DNA from: Leucoraja erinacea
Lineage: Eukaryota
Length of the DNA stretch: 64,000 nt
Assembly: GCF_028641065.1 (NCBI RefSeq)
Contig: NW_026576109.1
Coordinates: 62,001 to 126,000 of the forward strand
Direction of reading: 5' to 3'
Shown: one piece after another, positions 27,275 to 39,299 of the stretch
Layout of the letters: every line of letters begins with the position of its first letter
Position numbering within the stretch: position 1 is the first letter of the stretch
Program-made: the position numbers and the translations under genes
Notes under the pieces: generated by a model
Told to the model about the DNA's origin: nothing
The model's database searches: none
What the model saw: only the letters and a program-made list of their open reading frames with translations

Positions 27275-27502
27275 TGCCTCCGTCCAACTTAGGAAACCTG
27301 AACGGAAACCTCTGCAGACTTTCCGTGCGGTTCCCGGAGGTTGCAGGTGGTTGCCGGAGGTTGCAGGTAGTGGAAGCAGGTAGGGAGACTGACAAAAATC
27401 TCCGGGAACCTCCGGGAACCTCCGGGAACCGCACGGAAACCTTGGGTGGGGCGCAAAGTCTCCAGAGGTCTCCGTTCAGGTTTCCTAAGTGAGAGAGGGA
27501 CA
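27275..27502. mobile_element. PIF/Harbinger-like MITE
   Basis: Degenerate copy of the TGCCCCTGTCCCACTTAGGAAACCTGAACG inverted-terminus family. Confidence 0.7.
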
Positions 27503-28595
27503 TTACAACCACCTGTTTCCTCGATCACATTTGGATTCCGTTTTTTTCGGTATGGCATAACAAAAGCAAACTATGTTTTGGTTTTCAGATGGTATAATTA
27601 ACAGCGTTACCAATTTATCATCTTTGTATGGATTGCCAGAACATTATTTTTTTAGGTACTTCCCAGTTAGACACTTTGTTTCTAAATGTTTATCTAATTT
27701 TACCTCTTCACTTCCACGTCAAATATGGAATAGTTTGTTTACTTTCAAGACACAACAAAGAGGGATTGTTTCAGAGATGTGTAACCGCATTCTGGATCTT
27801 TGCGATCAGTCCAACTCTAAAACAAGGGCTGCTTGGTCGGAAGAACTGGGACTTCAACTTACTGAGGAGTGGTGGGATAACGTTGTGGGTGGGCTTGTGT
27901 ACTGTTACGTCTTGCGCTCGTCTTGCACTCATTCAGTTTAAGGTGATACACGGGGTTCATTTTTCTAAATCAAGACTGTCTGGGATTTATCCAGAGGTGG
28001 AAGATAAATGTGCCAGATGTTCGGGCCCACACTGTCATCTGAGCCATTTGTTTTTATTTGTCCACGGTTACATAATTTTTGGTTCGGCTACTTTAATATA
28101 ATGTCTCCTGTAATGGGAAACCTCTACAGCCCTGTCCATTGATTGCAGTATTTGGGGCCCCGGATGAGTCCGGTCGATTAAACTCTGTGCAAGACGAATA
28201 TATTAATTTTACATCTTTAGTAGCCAGACGTCGCCTACTGCTAGAGTGGAAATCTCCTAACCCGCCCTCTATGTCACAGTGGCTCCAAGATGTGCTGTTT
28301 TTCCTTAAACTTGAAAACAGTAAATATACATTGAGGTGATGTATTGATAATTATTCTCACAGATGGCAACCTTTTTTTTAAATCATATTTTATAGACATG
28401 CAGGTTCTGCCAGACTGAGGGCTGGTTTATTAAATTTGGTTACGTGTAAGTGCACTCTTCATTCTTTTAAAAAAATATATATTTTTATTAGAAGCAAACA
28501 TATTATAAAGTATATTTACTTATTATAGTAAAAAAAACTTTTCATATACATCAATCATAGATTATTAAAATTTTCAATTGTCGATTAATTCTGCT

Positions 28596-29622
28596 TTTTG
28601 AGATTTAAAAAATCAAGTCTGCAATTTATCCCATCAGATAAAGCATAAAGAGAAGTTTAATTTGACACCTAATTCACTTTCATATCACAAGTAATAAAAA
28701 AAGTTATGGCCATTTTGATACTCGGAAATTAGCATCTTGTTCCCTATTGATTTTCTATGGACATAACAAAAAAGCTGTGATCATGGACAGTCAAAAGCCC
28801 ATAACCTTCTTAAAAATTAAGAGAACTGAATGACATTTTCAGTTATCATAGGTTGAACCATTCTGAAACAAATATAAAATAACCTTACTTGGATGACCTG
28901 AAATTAAAGCATATAATTAGTTAGTTACCCAATTGTAGCTAATTTCAAACTTCAATTACTAGATCTAAACATCTATCCATTCCTTAATAAATGATTAACA
29001 TTTTTAAATAGCCTAAGTGTCCAAATAATATTCACAAAAAATTCACAATAAAACATGATTTTTTAATCTCATTTACATCAATGTATAGGCCAAATGGAAG
29101 GAATTTAGTGTTCAATTGCTGTAAATTAAAGTCCATTTTAAATCAGCTTTCTAGTGGGTTCCTGTGAACGCGCTGGTTTAGAACGTTCACATTGCGCTGG
29201 ATTTGTGCCCTCAAATGCCCAGAAAAATACTGCGGGATATAAAGAGCCTAATATGAACTTCTTGCTATAGTAAACTTTGTATAAAGGGGTCTTAAGAAGC
29301 CCCTTTTAATGTAAAAATAAGGTACATACCTTTAGTCGTTTGCTTTATAAAATCCTGGGGCTGCGAGAGGTCGCGGGTTGAGAGAGTGATTTTAAAACTA
29401 TTATAACTATTATTCGATGCCTATAAAAATAATAATACATTTTGCGACGGGGTCTTTCAGCGATTTTTCATTAATGATTTACTAGGCTGAACATCTTCGA
29501 TTGGAACAGCCTAGTAAAAAATCGCGTTTTAAACCCGCCCCCTCTAAACAGCGCCATAATCGCACACACGGGTCTGGGGCAGATTCGCAGCGACGATTCA
29601 GGTAGGTTTTGCAACATACCTA
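28596..29622. mobile_element. Non-autonomous DNA transposon (same family as 31729-32591), nested in an insertion with a 15-bp TSD
   Basis: High similarity to 31745-32591. GCACTCTTCATTCTT is repeated at 28452 and 29744. Confidence 0.75.
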
Positions 29623-30340
29623 CTTCTGGTGGTTTTTTTATATAGATAGAAAGACAGAAAATAGAGTTACAAATATCAAAAAACAGAAAAGGTGTAATGA
29701 ATTACTTCTAATACGTCATTGGAGATAGGTTCGTAGTTTATAAGCACTCTTCATTCTTAATTATCATTAATTATAAACATATAACCATATAACAATTACA
29801 GCACGGAAACAGGCCATCTCGGCCCTACAAGTCCGTGCCGAACAATCATTTTCCCTTAGTCCCACCTGCCTCCACTCATAACATAACCCTCCGTTCCCTT
29901 CTCATCCATCTGCCTATCCAATTCATTTTTAAATGATACCATCGAACCTGCCTCCACCACTTCCACTGGAAGTTCATTCCACACCGCTGCCACTCTCTGA
30001 GTAAAGAAATTCCCCCTCATGTTACCCCTAAACTTCTGTCCCTTAATTCCGAAGACATGTCCTCTTGTTTGAAGCTTCCCTATTCTCAAAGGGAAAAGCT
30101 TGTCCACATAAAAATCATATATAATTTTTTTTTTTTAACCATTTTTTAAATTTATTTCTATTTATTTTATGTTTCTGTTTATTTTTGTATTTTTCTTGTG
30201 TGCATTATTTGAGTGTTCCTTATTAACGTGTATTTTTTCATTTTTGTGTTGATTTATTAAACATTAAAAATGTAAACATTAAAAAACACACAAAAACAAC
30301 CGGCGCCATCTGAGCCGGCAGCAGCTGTAAACAGGAGAAA

Positions 30341-30379
30341 CGTTTTTGTGTGGGGACCGCCGCGGTTTCTCTCAGTGTG
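30341..30379 (-). promoter_or_regulatory. 23-RSS of V1
   Basis: CACACTG + 23 bp + ACAAAAACG. Confidence 0.92.
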
Positions 30380-30810
30380 CGTATATGTCGCGCAGTAATA
30401 CACCGCCGTGTCGGCGGGTTCGATGCCCTCGATGATGAACTGGCCGCGCTTGTCAGCAGGTGTGAAATCTAATTTAAAACGACCATTCATCTCTCTCCCA
30501 GCCGCTCTTCGAGTGATTAACCTTTCTAGTCGTTGTCCACGTTTCTGTCGGTACCACTGCATGGCATAAATGTATTTCTCGTAGGTACAATTGATCCGAG
30601 TCGACTCTCCATTCTGGACAATAATGGCGGGCGGAATCTGCCAGACCCCGTCCGAAAGACAACGACCTGAGAGAAATAAATAAAAATGCGGTCGCGTAAG
30701 ATTGCATAAGTAAATATGCGACAGTGTATTATTTGTGAACAGCTCTGGCACTTACGTATCAGCAACGCGAGGAAGATGGAAAATAGATTCTGCTGCATTG
30801 AGGAAAACAT
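30380..30810 (-). CDS. TCR alpha/delta-type V segment V1 (leader 30810-30756; V exon 30666-30380)
   Basis: Leader MFSSMQQNLFSIFLALLI with a phase-1 GT-AG intron. V domain has INCTY, WYRQ and DTAVYYCATY, followed by an RSS. Confidence 0.92.
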
Positions 30811-31239
30811 CTAGAGAATTGTGTTCAGAAGCAAATGACGCACCCTCGCTTCAGAGAATACCTACTGAATTAAGGTGGTAACAGTCGCCGATGACAGGAA
30901 ACAGCTACGGAAGTGTATATCACGTGGGGTTCACATCTTTGTACCGGAAGAAGAAAGGAGGAGCCGGAGAGTGGGGTGTGGGAGAGCTGGGAAACATAGA
31001 AACATAGAATACGGGATATAGAAGAGACCCTGCTGAGAGCCGCATCCATTGTCGAAGAGTGGAACCCCATGTACACAAACCTGGCAAGAAGGTCCTGCTC
31101 ACTTATGGTGCGTAACCGGAACCCCACCTTTCGATAAAACGGACTGGGCTAGGCATGCTGAGCTCCTATCAGCGAAGTGGCCCATCACGGTGGAGCAACT
31201 GGTGGAGAATGGCCGCAGCGCCAGAAACACAGCGCTAAA

Positions 31240-32880
31240 ACAGGAAGGCAGATTAGTATCTGAATGCTGCCATGTTAGGAAAATGGGAAGTACAACGTGA
31301 TCTGGATGTCCTTATTCGCCAGTCACTGAAAGTACCCATGCGGGTACAGCAGGTAGTGAAGAACACCATTGGCGTGTTGGCGTGCATAACAACAGGAGTT
31401 GCGTATAGGGGCAATGAGGTCCTACAGTTATACAGAGGCCTAGAGCGACCACACCTGGAGTATTGTGCGCAGTTTTCGTCTCCAAATTTGAGGAAGGGCA
31501 TTGTTGCTATTGAGGGAGTTCAGCGTAGGTTCACCAGGTGCATTCCCTGGATGGTGGGACAGTCATATGTTGAAGGAATGGAGCGACTGGGCTTGTTAAG
31601 CGTGGAATTCAGAAGAACGAGAGGGGATCTTATTGAAACATATAAGCTTATTAGGGGATTGGATACGGTGGAGGCAGGAAATATATTACCGATGTTGTTG
31701 GGGGAGTCCAAAACCAGGAGCCATAGTTTAGCAATGTTACAAAATGTTGAGATTAAAAAAATCAAGTCTGCAATTTATCCCATCAGATAAAGCATAACAA
31801 TAAGTTTAATTTGACACCAAATTCACTTTCATATCTCAATCATTAAAAAAGTTATGACCATTTTCATACTCGGAAATTAGCATCTTGTTCCCTATTGATT
31901 TTCAATGGACATTACAAAAAAGCTGTGATCTTGGATAGTCAAACGCCCATTTCTTAAGGAAAGATTAACATTTTTAAATAGCCTAAGTGTCCAAAGATTA
32001 TTCACAAATAATTCACAATATAACATGATTTTTATATCTAATTTACATTAATTTATAGGCCAAATGGAAGGAATTTAGTGTTCAATTGCTGTAAATAAAT
32101 GCCCATTTAAATCGTCTTTCTAGTGGGTTCATGTGGAACGCGCTGGTTTAGAATGTTGACATAGCGCTGGATTAGTGCCCTCAAATGCCGAGAAAAATGC
32201 TGCGGGATATAAAAATCCCAAAATGAACTACTCGCTATAGATAACTTGAAATACAGGGTTATATATATGCCCCATTTAATGTAAAAATAAGGTACATACC
32301 TTTAATTGTTTGCTTTATAAAACCCTGGGGCTGCGAGAGGTTGCGAAATCAGAGAGTAATTTTAAAACTATTATAACTATATTATCGAGGCCTATAAAAC
32401 TAATAATACCTTTTGCGACCGGGTCTTGCAGCGATTTTTCGTTAATGATTTACTAGGCTGAACATGTGCGATTAGTACAGCCTAGTAAAAATCGCGTTTT
32501 AAACCCGCCCCCTCCAAACAGCGCCAAAATCGCCGACATGGCTGAGGGCAGATTCCCAATGACGATTCAGGTAGGTTTTGTAACATACCTACATAGTTCA
32601 AGAATGAGGGGTAGGCCATTTGGAACGGAGATGAGAACAATGTTTTTCACCCAGAGAATTGTGAACCTGTTGAACTATCTGCCTCAAAAGGCATTGGAGG
32701 GCGGTTCTCTGGATACTTTCAAGAGTGCGTAAGATACAGCTCTTATAGATAGCGGAGTCAAGGGATATGGGGAGAAGGCAGGTAGTGGGTACTGATTGTG
32801 GATGATCAGCCATGAATACTGTGAATGGCGATGCTGGCTCGAAGGGCCGAATGATCTATTCCTGCACCCATTGTCCATTG
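31240..32880 (+). mobile_element. CR1 3' fragment split by a DNA transposon
   Basis: CR1 ORF 31272 runs to KTRSHS, and CR1 sequence resumes at about 32599. Confidence 0.85.
31729..32591. mobile_element. Non-autonomous TIR DNA transposon (hAT-like TAG...CTA ends)
   Basis: TIR TAGCAATGTTACAAAA / TTTTGTAACATACCTA. TSD CATAGTT at 31722-31728 and 32592-32598. Confidence 0.8.
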
Positions 32881-32948
32881 TCGTTAAAACTGGTTCAATA
32901 CTGACGTGTCGTGTCGTGCTTGATTGACATTTCTACATTCTTCCCTTA

Positions 32949-33194
32949 TGCCCCTGTCCCACTTAGGAAACCTGAACGTAAACCTCTGGAGACATCGCGC
33001 CACACCCAAGGTTTCCGTGCGGATCCGGGAGGTTCCCGGAGGTGTTTGTCAGTCTCCCTACCTGCTTCCAATACCTGCAACCTCCGGCAACCTCCGGCAA
33101 CCACCTGCAACCTCCGGGAACAGCACGGAAACCTTGGGTGGGGCGCAAAGTCTCCAGAGGTATTCGTTCAGGTTTCCTTAGTGGGACAGGGGCA
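32949..33194. mobile_element. PIF/Harbinger-like MITE
   Basis: Long TIR TGCCCCTGTCCCACT...AGTGGGACAGGGGCA with TTA on both sides. Confidence 0.8.
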
Positions 33195-33895
33195 TTAAGC
33201 CACTTGGGGTTCTTATGGGCGCAACTGTTTCCTGCGATATTATTCTGCCTGCGCACCGGCAAGTTGACTAGCCATTGCTATTTCGAGAAGGGACGGCTGC
33301 GTGTGAAAACGGGAATGTAGGGAAATCGGGATCAATGGAGGATTAGTGTCGTTACCGGTTGCAGGTCAGTACGCACTCACTTGACCAATGTACTCTTTTC
33401 CGTGGTGCAACTCTCAGTCCTTCTTCGACCTGGAAGCCTTACTGGAGAGAAATCATGGACCAAATACTTTATCGGATCATCAGATATTTAGACAGAAGGA
33501 ATATCGATCGTGTCCGTGCGTTTTTGCGCCCCCATTATATTAGTCGTGTGAAGCTAAAGGCGACTCATTGGCAAGCACGAAAGAAAGACGAATGGTTCTT
33601 AACACAACACTAAGGATAGCGGCACTGAAATCCTCACTCAGGTCCGATAAACAACTGCTCACCTCTGCCTTTTGACTCTTAAACCAATTTAGCAAGCGCA
33701 TCCCCGCGCCTTTTTACACCGAACAAGGTTTAGTTTCGCTAGTGGATTTGCCTGTCATCCGAAATCCTTATTGTAGTCCACACCATCATCTTAATTTGTG
33801 CTTAAAGTTATCATATGATTTACATTAGACAATGTCTGGCTGAAGAAGCGTCTCACCCGAAACGTCACCCACTCATTCTCTCCAGAGAAGATGCT

Positions 33896-34225
33896 GGTCA
33901 CGCTGGCGCAGTGGTAGAGTTTCCGCCTTACATTGAATGCAGCGCCGGAGACCCGGGTTCGATTCCGACTACGGGTGCTGCCTGTACGGAGTATGTATGT
34001 TCTCCCCGTGATCTACGTGGATTTTCTCCGATATCTTCGGTTACCTCCACACTCTAGAGGCGTACAGGTTTGTTGGTTATTTGTCTTGGTGAATGTAAAT
34101 ATTGTCCCTATTGGGTGAAGGATAGTGTTAATATGTTAATAGGCAGGGATCGCTGGTCGGCGCGGACCAATTTGGCCGAAAGGCCGTTTTTCCACTCTGT
34201 ATCTACAAACTAAACGAAATTAAAC
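33896..34225 (+). mobile_element. HE1/V-SINE-type SINE
   Basis: A-box TGGCGCAGTGG, B-box GGTTCGATTCC, V-domain-like core and a CR1-like 3' tail. Confidence 0.8.
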
Positions 34226-34874
34226 TATGATACTGTCTGTCCCACTGAGTTATTCCTGCTTTATGTGTCTATCTTCGGTTTAAACCAGCAGCCGTGCTTC
34301 CCTCTGAAATATATGATTTGCATGTATACATTAAACTCCAACTATGACAATTAGACCTGGTGCGGGGCCGTACATCGCCCGGCGCGACCTAAAATGGCCG
34401 GGGGACTTACCCTCCCCCACCAGGGGCTTCATCATCGGTTGAAAAATGGAGAGCAGGGGCGATAAATGACTTTGCCTTCCATCACAGTGAGGAGGAGGTT
34501 CACTCTGATGGATGTTTGTATGAATTAATTTGCTTGTGTGTCGAGTAGGAATCATTTTTGTTTGTATGGCTGCAGAAACAGACTTTCGTTTGAGCCTCAC
34601 TGATGTTCAAATGACAATAAATATTGTATTGTATTGTATTGTATTGTATATCCAGAACGTCTTCAAACGCTGTTATGATCGCTCCAAGAATTGTCTCGTC
34701 CATTAATTCGGATCAGCGTTAAAACAGCGAGAATCTATTTGTTCGGAAAATTGTGACTAACAACACTGATGATCCATGGCAACCGCCGCCCCAGGGACGG
34801 CCGCCTGGCATAAATAGATGGGGCGAGGTGCTTGCTTCAGAGTGCAAGCGATCAGCACTGCGTTCACACGGAAA

Positions 34875-34944
34875 ATGCACGCGCCTGGGAACGGCCCGGT
34901 CTTTGCAGTTTATTATTCAGCTCTGGCAGCGTTCGGTGTCCCAG
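34875..34944 (+). CDS. GPR139/142-like GPCR gene C, exon 1 (MHAPGNGPVFAVYYSALAAFGVP)
   Basis: 70-nt exon with a phase-1 GTAACG donor. CATAAATA lies about 65 bp upstream. Confidence 0.88.
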
Positions 34945-35069
34945 GTAACGTGTGGATATTGAGGACGAACAGTCCAAAGCAGCTTATTGTGTTAATTATA
35001 TTTTCAGCCACTTTACTCTGCTTGACATGGCTATTGTACACCTCCCATCATTGTGCCTCCGCGGTGATT

Positions 35070-36470
35070 AGAGTATAGGAGCAGGGAGGTTCTACTGCAG
35101 TTGTACAGGGTCTTGGTGAGACCACACCTGTAGTATTGCGTACAGTTTTGGTCTCCAAATCTGAGGAAGGACATTATTGCCATAGAGGGAGTGCAGAGTA
35201 GGTTCTCCAGACTGATTCATGGGATGTCAGGACTGTCTTATGAAGAAAGACTGGATAGACTTTGTTTATACTCTCTGGAATTTAGGAGATTGAGAGGGGA
35301 TCTTATAGAAACTTACAAAATTCTTAAGGGGGTTGGACAGGCTAGATGCAGGAAGATTGCTCCCGATGTTGGGGAAGTCCAGGACAAGGGGTCACAGCTT
35401 AAGGATAAGGGGGAAATCCTTTAAAACCGAGATGAGAAGAACTTTTTTCACACAGAGGATCTCTGGAACTGAGTGTTGTTGAATCTCTGGGACTCTCTGC
35501 CGCAGAGGGTGGTCGAGGCCAGTTCATTGGCTATATTTAAGAGGGAGTTAGATGTGGCCCTTGTGGCTAAGGGGATCAGAGGGTATGGAGAGAAGGCAGG
35601 TACGGGATACTGAGTTGGATGATCAGCCCTGATCATATTGAATGGCGGTGCAGGCTCGAGGGCCGAATGGCCTACTCTTGCACCTAATTTCTATATTTCT
35701 ATGTTTCTATCCCTTAATAACTTGATATGTAATCGATACCTAACACAAAGACGACGATGCCACAATAATGCTCCAAATATCATTGTTTGAATATTTACCT
35801 CTTTCACGTTATTTTATTTGCTCCACGTCTACTGAAAACGGTCGATGTTCTCGAGTAGCCATGGACATATTTTAACTGTTAATTAACTATTTACAGATAT
35901 ATTTAGAAGGGCAGCCAGGGTAACCGTCGAGGAAGAACTGAAGGTGCTGTCGTGTTTGAAGGTAGACAAATCACCGGGGCCTGATCAGATACATCCGAGG
36001 ACATTGCGAGGAACTAGAGAGGAAATTGCGGGAGCCCTGGTTGAAATTTATAAATCGTTCTTAAATACAGGACAGGTTCCAGAGGATTGGAGGGTGGCAA
36101 ATGTTATGCTTCTTTTCAAGAACGGCTGCTAGGAAAATGTTGGGAACTATAGGCCGGTGAGCTGAACATCTGTAGTTGGTAAGTTACTGGAGAGTATTCC
36201 GAGCGATATGATATACAGGCAATTGGATGGGCAAGGGCTGATTCGGGACAGCGAGCATAGATTTGTACGCGGGAGTTCCTGTCTAGCAAATCTGATTGAG
36301 CTTTTTGAAGACGTGAGCAAAAATGAAGATGAGGGCAGAAATGTGGTTGTCGTGTACAACGACTTTAGTAAGGCGTTCGACAAAGGTGCCGCGTCGTAGG
36401 CTGCTCTGGGAGGTTAGATCTCATGGGATCCAAGGAGAGATAGCTGAATGGATCGCAAATTGGCTCCGTG
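35070..36470 (+). mobile_element. CR1 fragments in the intron of gene C (35070-35710 3' end; 35900-36470 RT core)
   Basis: KSPGPDQIHPR, PEDWRVANV, DFSKAFDK and a CTATGTTT tail. Confidence 0.85.
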
Positions 36471-37806
36471 GTTGCACCTCTAGAAGGGCTCCCCGAGTTA
36501 GTGTCCCGCGTTGCCACTTTTAATATATGCATCCATCATTGCGTTTCGCAATGGCATGTAATAAATAAATATCGAACCATAAATACAAAGATATTAAACT
36601 AATAACCGACACTAACAGTACTTATCCTTAATTGTATATGCGTGCTTGCCTTTCCGGTTCCCATTCCCCAGGTCTTTCCTGATCGAAGACATTTTGTATT
36701 AATTATATTTCATTGTAGATATTCAGCCCCATAATGCTACCGCTGATGTTCTGCAATAATTGGCTACCGTGATAATGTATTTCCGTTCTTATCACCGTGT
36801 GGCAGTAAAGGTCGAAGGCAGTGAGACAGAAAAATAACTATTTTCCCAGCTACAGTATGCGAGTGAAGGTTCTTGTCTCGTATACAATTGCATCGAGCAT
36901 TGAGCTGAATAATTCAGTGCCTTTCGTGTTTCCATATTTCTGTATTTGCTGAGTACTGAGCGATCTGTCATTTCTTCGGCCGAAATGTAGCACTGGGATT
37001 TTCCGCTTGGCTTTGGTTAAATGATTTCATGGATACAGTGCATGTTTCATATTATTTCCACGTATCCATGAATCACTCTTCCGCATAACTATGCATAGCA
37101 AATGCGGACGAATTTTCAACATTTATTACATGTATTGCAAAGCCTGCTGTCCCTCCACGAGATTGCATGTCACTGCAATTAATCACGCGATCTGCTGCGA
37201 TCTGCTGCGCTCTTTCAGATCATTCGCTTCACAATAGCATTGATGTGCATTGAGCCGCCTCGGGTCGTGTCCATCAGTCTGAAGAAGGGTTTCGGCCCGA
37301 AACGTTGCCTATTTCCTTCGCTCCTAGATGCTGCTGCACCCGCTGAGTTTCCCCAGCATTTTTGTGTACTTTCGTGTCGTTTAACCGCTACCACGAGTGG
37401 TTTTATAAGCTTCTGTAACTTCACTTGATGTCAATTCGCAGACGATTAAAACTCTCGCCATGTTTATTCTCAATATTAGACACAAAATGCTGGAGTAACT
37501 CAGCGGCACAGACAGCATATCTGGAATTCCTCTCCAGAGACGCTGCCTGTCCCGCAGAGTTACTCCAGCGTTTTGTGTCTTCCTTCGGTTCAAATCAGCA
37601 TCTGCGGTTCCTTCCTGCACATTATTGCCAATATTGTTCGTTTTGAAATTCCACGACTTAATTTTCTTTTATGCCTTATTTCTTTCTCTCTGTTATTTAA
37701 GTGGAATTTTAAAGTTTAGATTGATCTGCAATGATCTGCGAAATGTAACAAATTTCCGTCGTTAAACTGATGTGTTTCAATCGCTGTTGGAACAGTGAAA
37801 GATATA

Positions 37807-38053
37807 TGCCCCTGTCCCACTTATCAAACCTGAACGAAAACCGCTGGATACTTTGCGCCCCACCCATGGTTTCCGTGCGGTTCCCGGAGGTTGCAGGTGG
37901 TTGCCGGAGGTTGCAGGTGGTTGCCGGAGGTTGCAGGTAGTGGAAGCAGGTAGGGAGACTGACAAAAACCACCGTTAACCGCACGGAAACCTTGGGTGGG
38001 GCGCAAAGTCTCCAGAGGTTTCCGTTCAGGTTTCCTAAGTGGGACAGGGAGCA
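37807..38053. mobile_element. PIF/Harbinger-like MITE about 100 bp upstream of gene C exon 2
   Basis: Same TIR family as 32949-33194, with an internal 20-bp tandem CCGGAGGTTGCAGGTGGTTG. Confidence 0.75.
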
Positions 38054-38151
38054 ATATTACGAATGCATCGTCGCCATTCAAACATGTTGATGTAACAGGC
38101 AAACGCTATTTTAGTTACTGGATTTTCTATCTCTCTATCTCTCTCACACGG

Positions 38152-39131
38152 CGAACGCGTTGACCATTGTGATCCTGGCGCAAGGAAGATGCGGCCTCGC
38201 CAAGTGTATCACCCGCTACCTCGTGTTCATGGCGGTGGCGGATCTCCTCGTCATTATCACGGCAGTGATACTGAGTCGGCTACGTGCTATGTATTTCCCT
38301 GTCAGTTTTTTGTCCACCATTCCCGCCTGCAAACTTATTATTCTCCTCAGCTGGGCATCCAAGGACACGTCCGTTTGGTTGACCGTCGCCTTCACCTTCG
38401 ATCGATTCATCGCCATTTGCTGTCACCGACGCAAGCTCAGATATTGCACGGAGAAAAACGCGGCTGCCGTTATTGGAGTTGTCTGTGCGGCGGGTTGTTT
38501 AAAGAACGTCCCTTCTTATTTTATATACGTGCCAGTGTACGTGGTCGATAACGTGCCCTGGTTCTGCACGATAAACCAAATGTACTACTCTTCCATTGCA
38601 TGGAGGGTTTATGACTGGCTGCACCGGATGTTAAACCCATGTGTCCCTTTCCTTCTCATTTTTCTACTCAATGTTCTGACCATCAGATACATCCTAAAGG
38701 CGAATGAAGCCCGCAAGAGGCTCCGGGCCCAGAGCAACGGAGACAGACAGAATGACACGGAGATGGAGAACAGGAGGAAGTCTATCATTTTACTCATGGC
38801 GATATCGGGTAGTTTTCTCCTGTTGCGATTGACGTATGTCGTGAATTTTCTATTTGTGCAATTGACCAGCAATAACTATGCCAGCGGCTCCAATTCCGCT
38901 GATCCAAAGTTTATCCTTCAGGAAAGCGGATACATGCTGGAGCTCCTCAGTTCTTGCACCAACTCGTGCATTTACGCGGGGACGCAGATTAAGTTCAGAA
39001 GACAGTTGAAGGGCGTTGTTCAATTCCCATTCAAACTAATTAAAACATGGTTCAAAACTTACGCATTACCGATAGTTTCTGTCTTATTTTCCACCACTGA
39101 AAATTATAAAGTTGATATGATTTTGAAATAG
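38152..39131 (+). CDS. GPR139/142-like GPCR gene C, exon 2 (349 aa if spliced; acceptor reads GG instead of AG, possible pseudogene)
   Basis: Open 7TM frame: CGLAKCITRYLVFMA, WLTVAFTFDRFIAI, RRKSIILL, SSCTNSCIY. The acceptor position 38150-38151 is GG. Confidence 0.85.
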
Positions 39132-39169
39132 GTGAGTGTTAGTGATGTCTAGTTTCTGTCCTTATCAGC

Positions 39170-39250
39170 CTCAAGTCAAGTCAAGTCTAGTCAAGTCAAG
39201 TCAAGTCAAGTCAAGTCAAGTCAAGTCAAGTCAAGTCAAGTCAAGTCAAG
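39170..39250. repeat. (TCAAG)n microsatellite
   Basis: Direct tandem pentamer. Confidence 0.9.
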
Positions 39251-39299
39251 TGTATTTGTCACATACACATGCAAGATGTGCAAGTTCTCTTTGAGTCGC

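Larger units (their letters stand above)
24800..28420 (+). mobile_element. Decayed L1-clade LINE ORF2, interrupted by Penelope and MITE insertions
   Basis: YEHGDKENRLLARKLK, RPLCLLSADVKAVAKIIA.RL..., KMNVLPK, LPNFQFYYWA and RRLLLEWKSPNPPS, spread over frameshifted frames. Confidence 0.85.
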
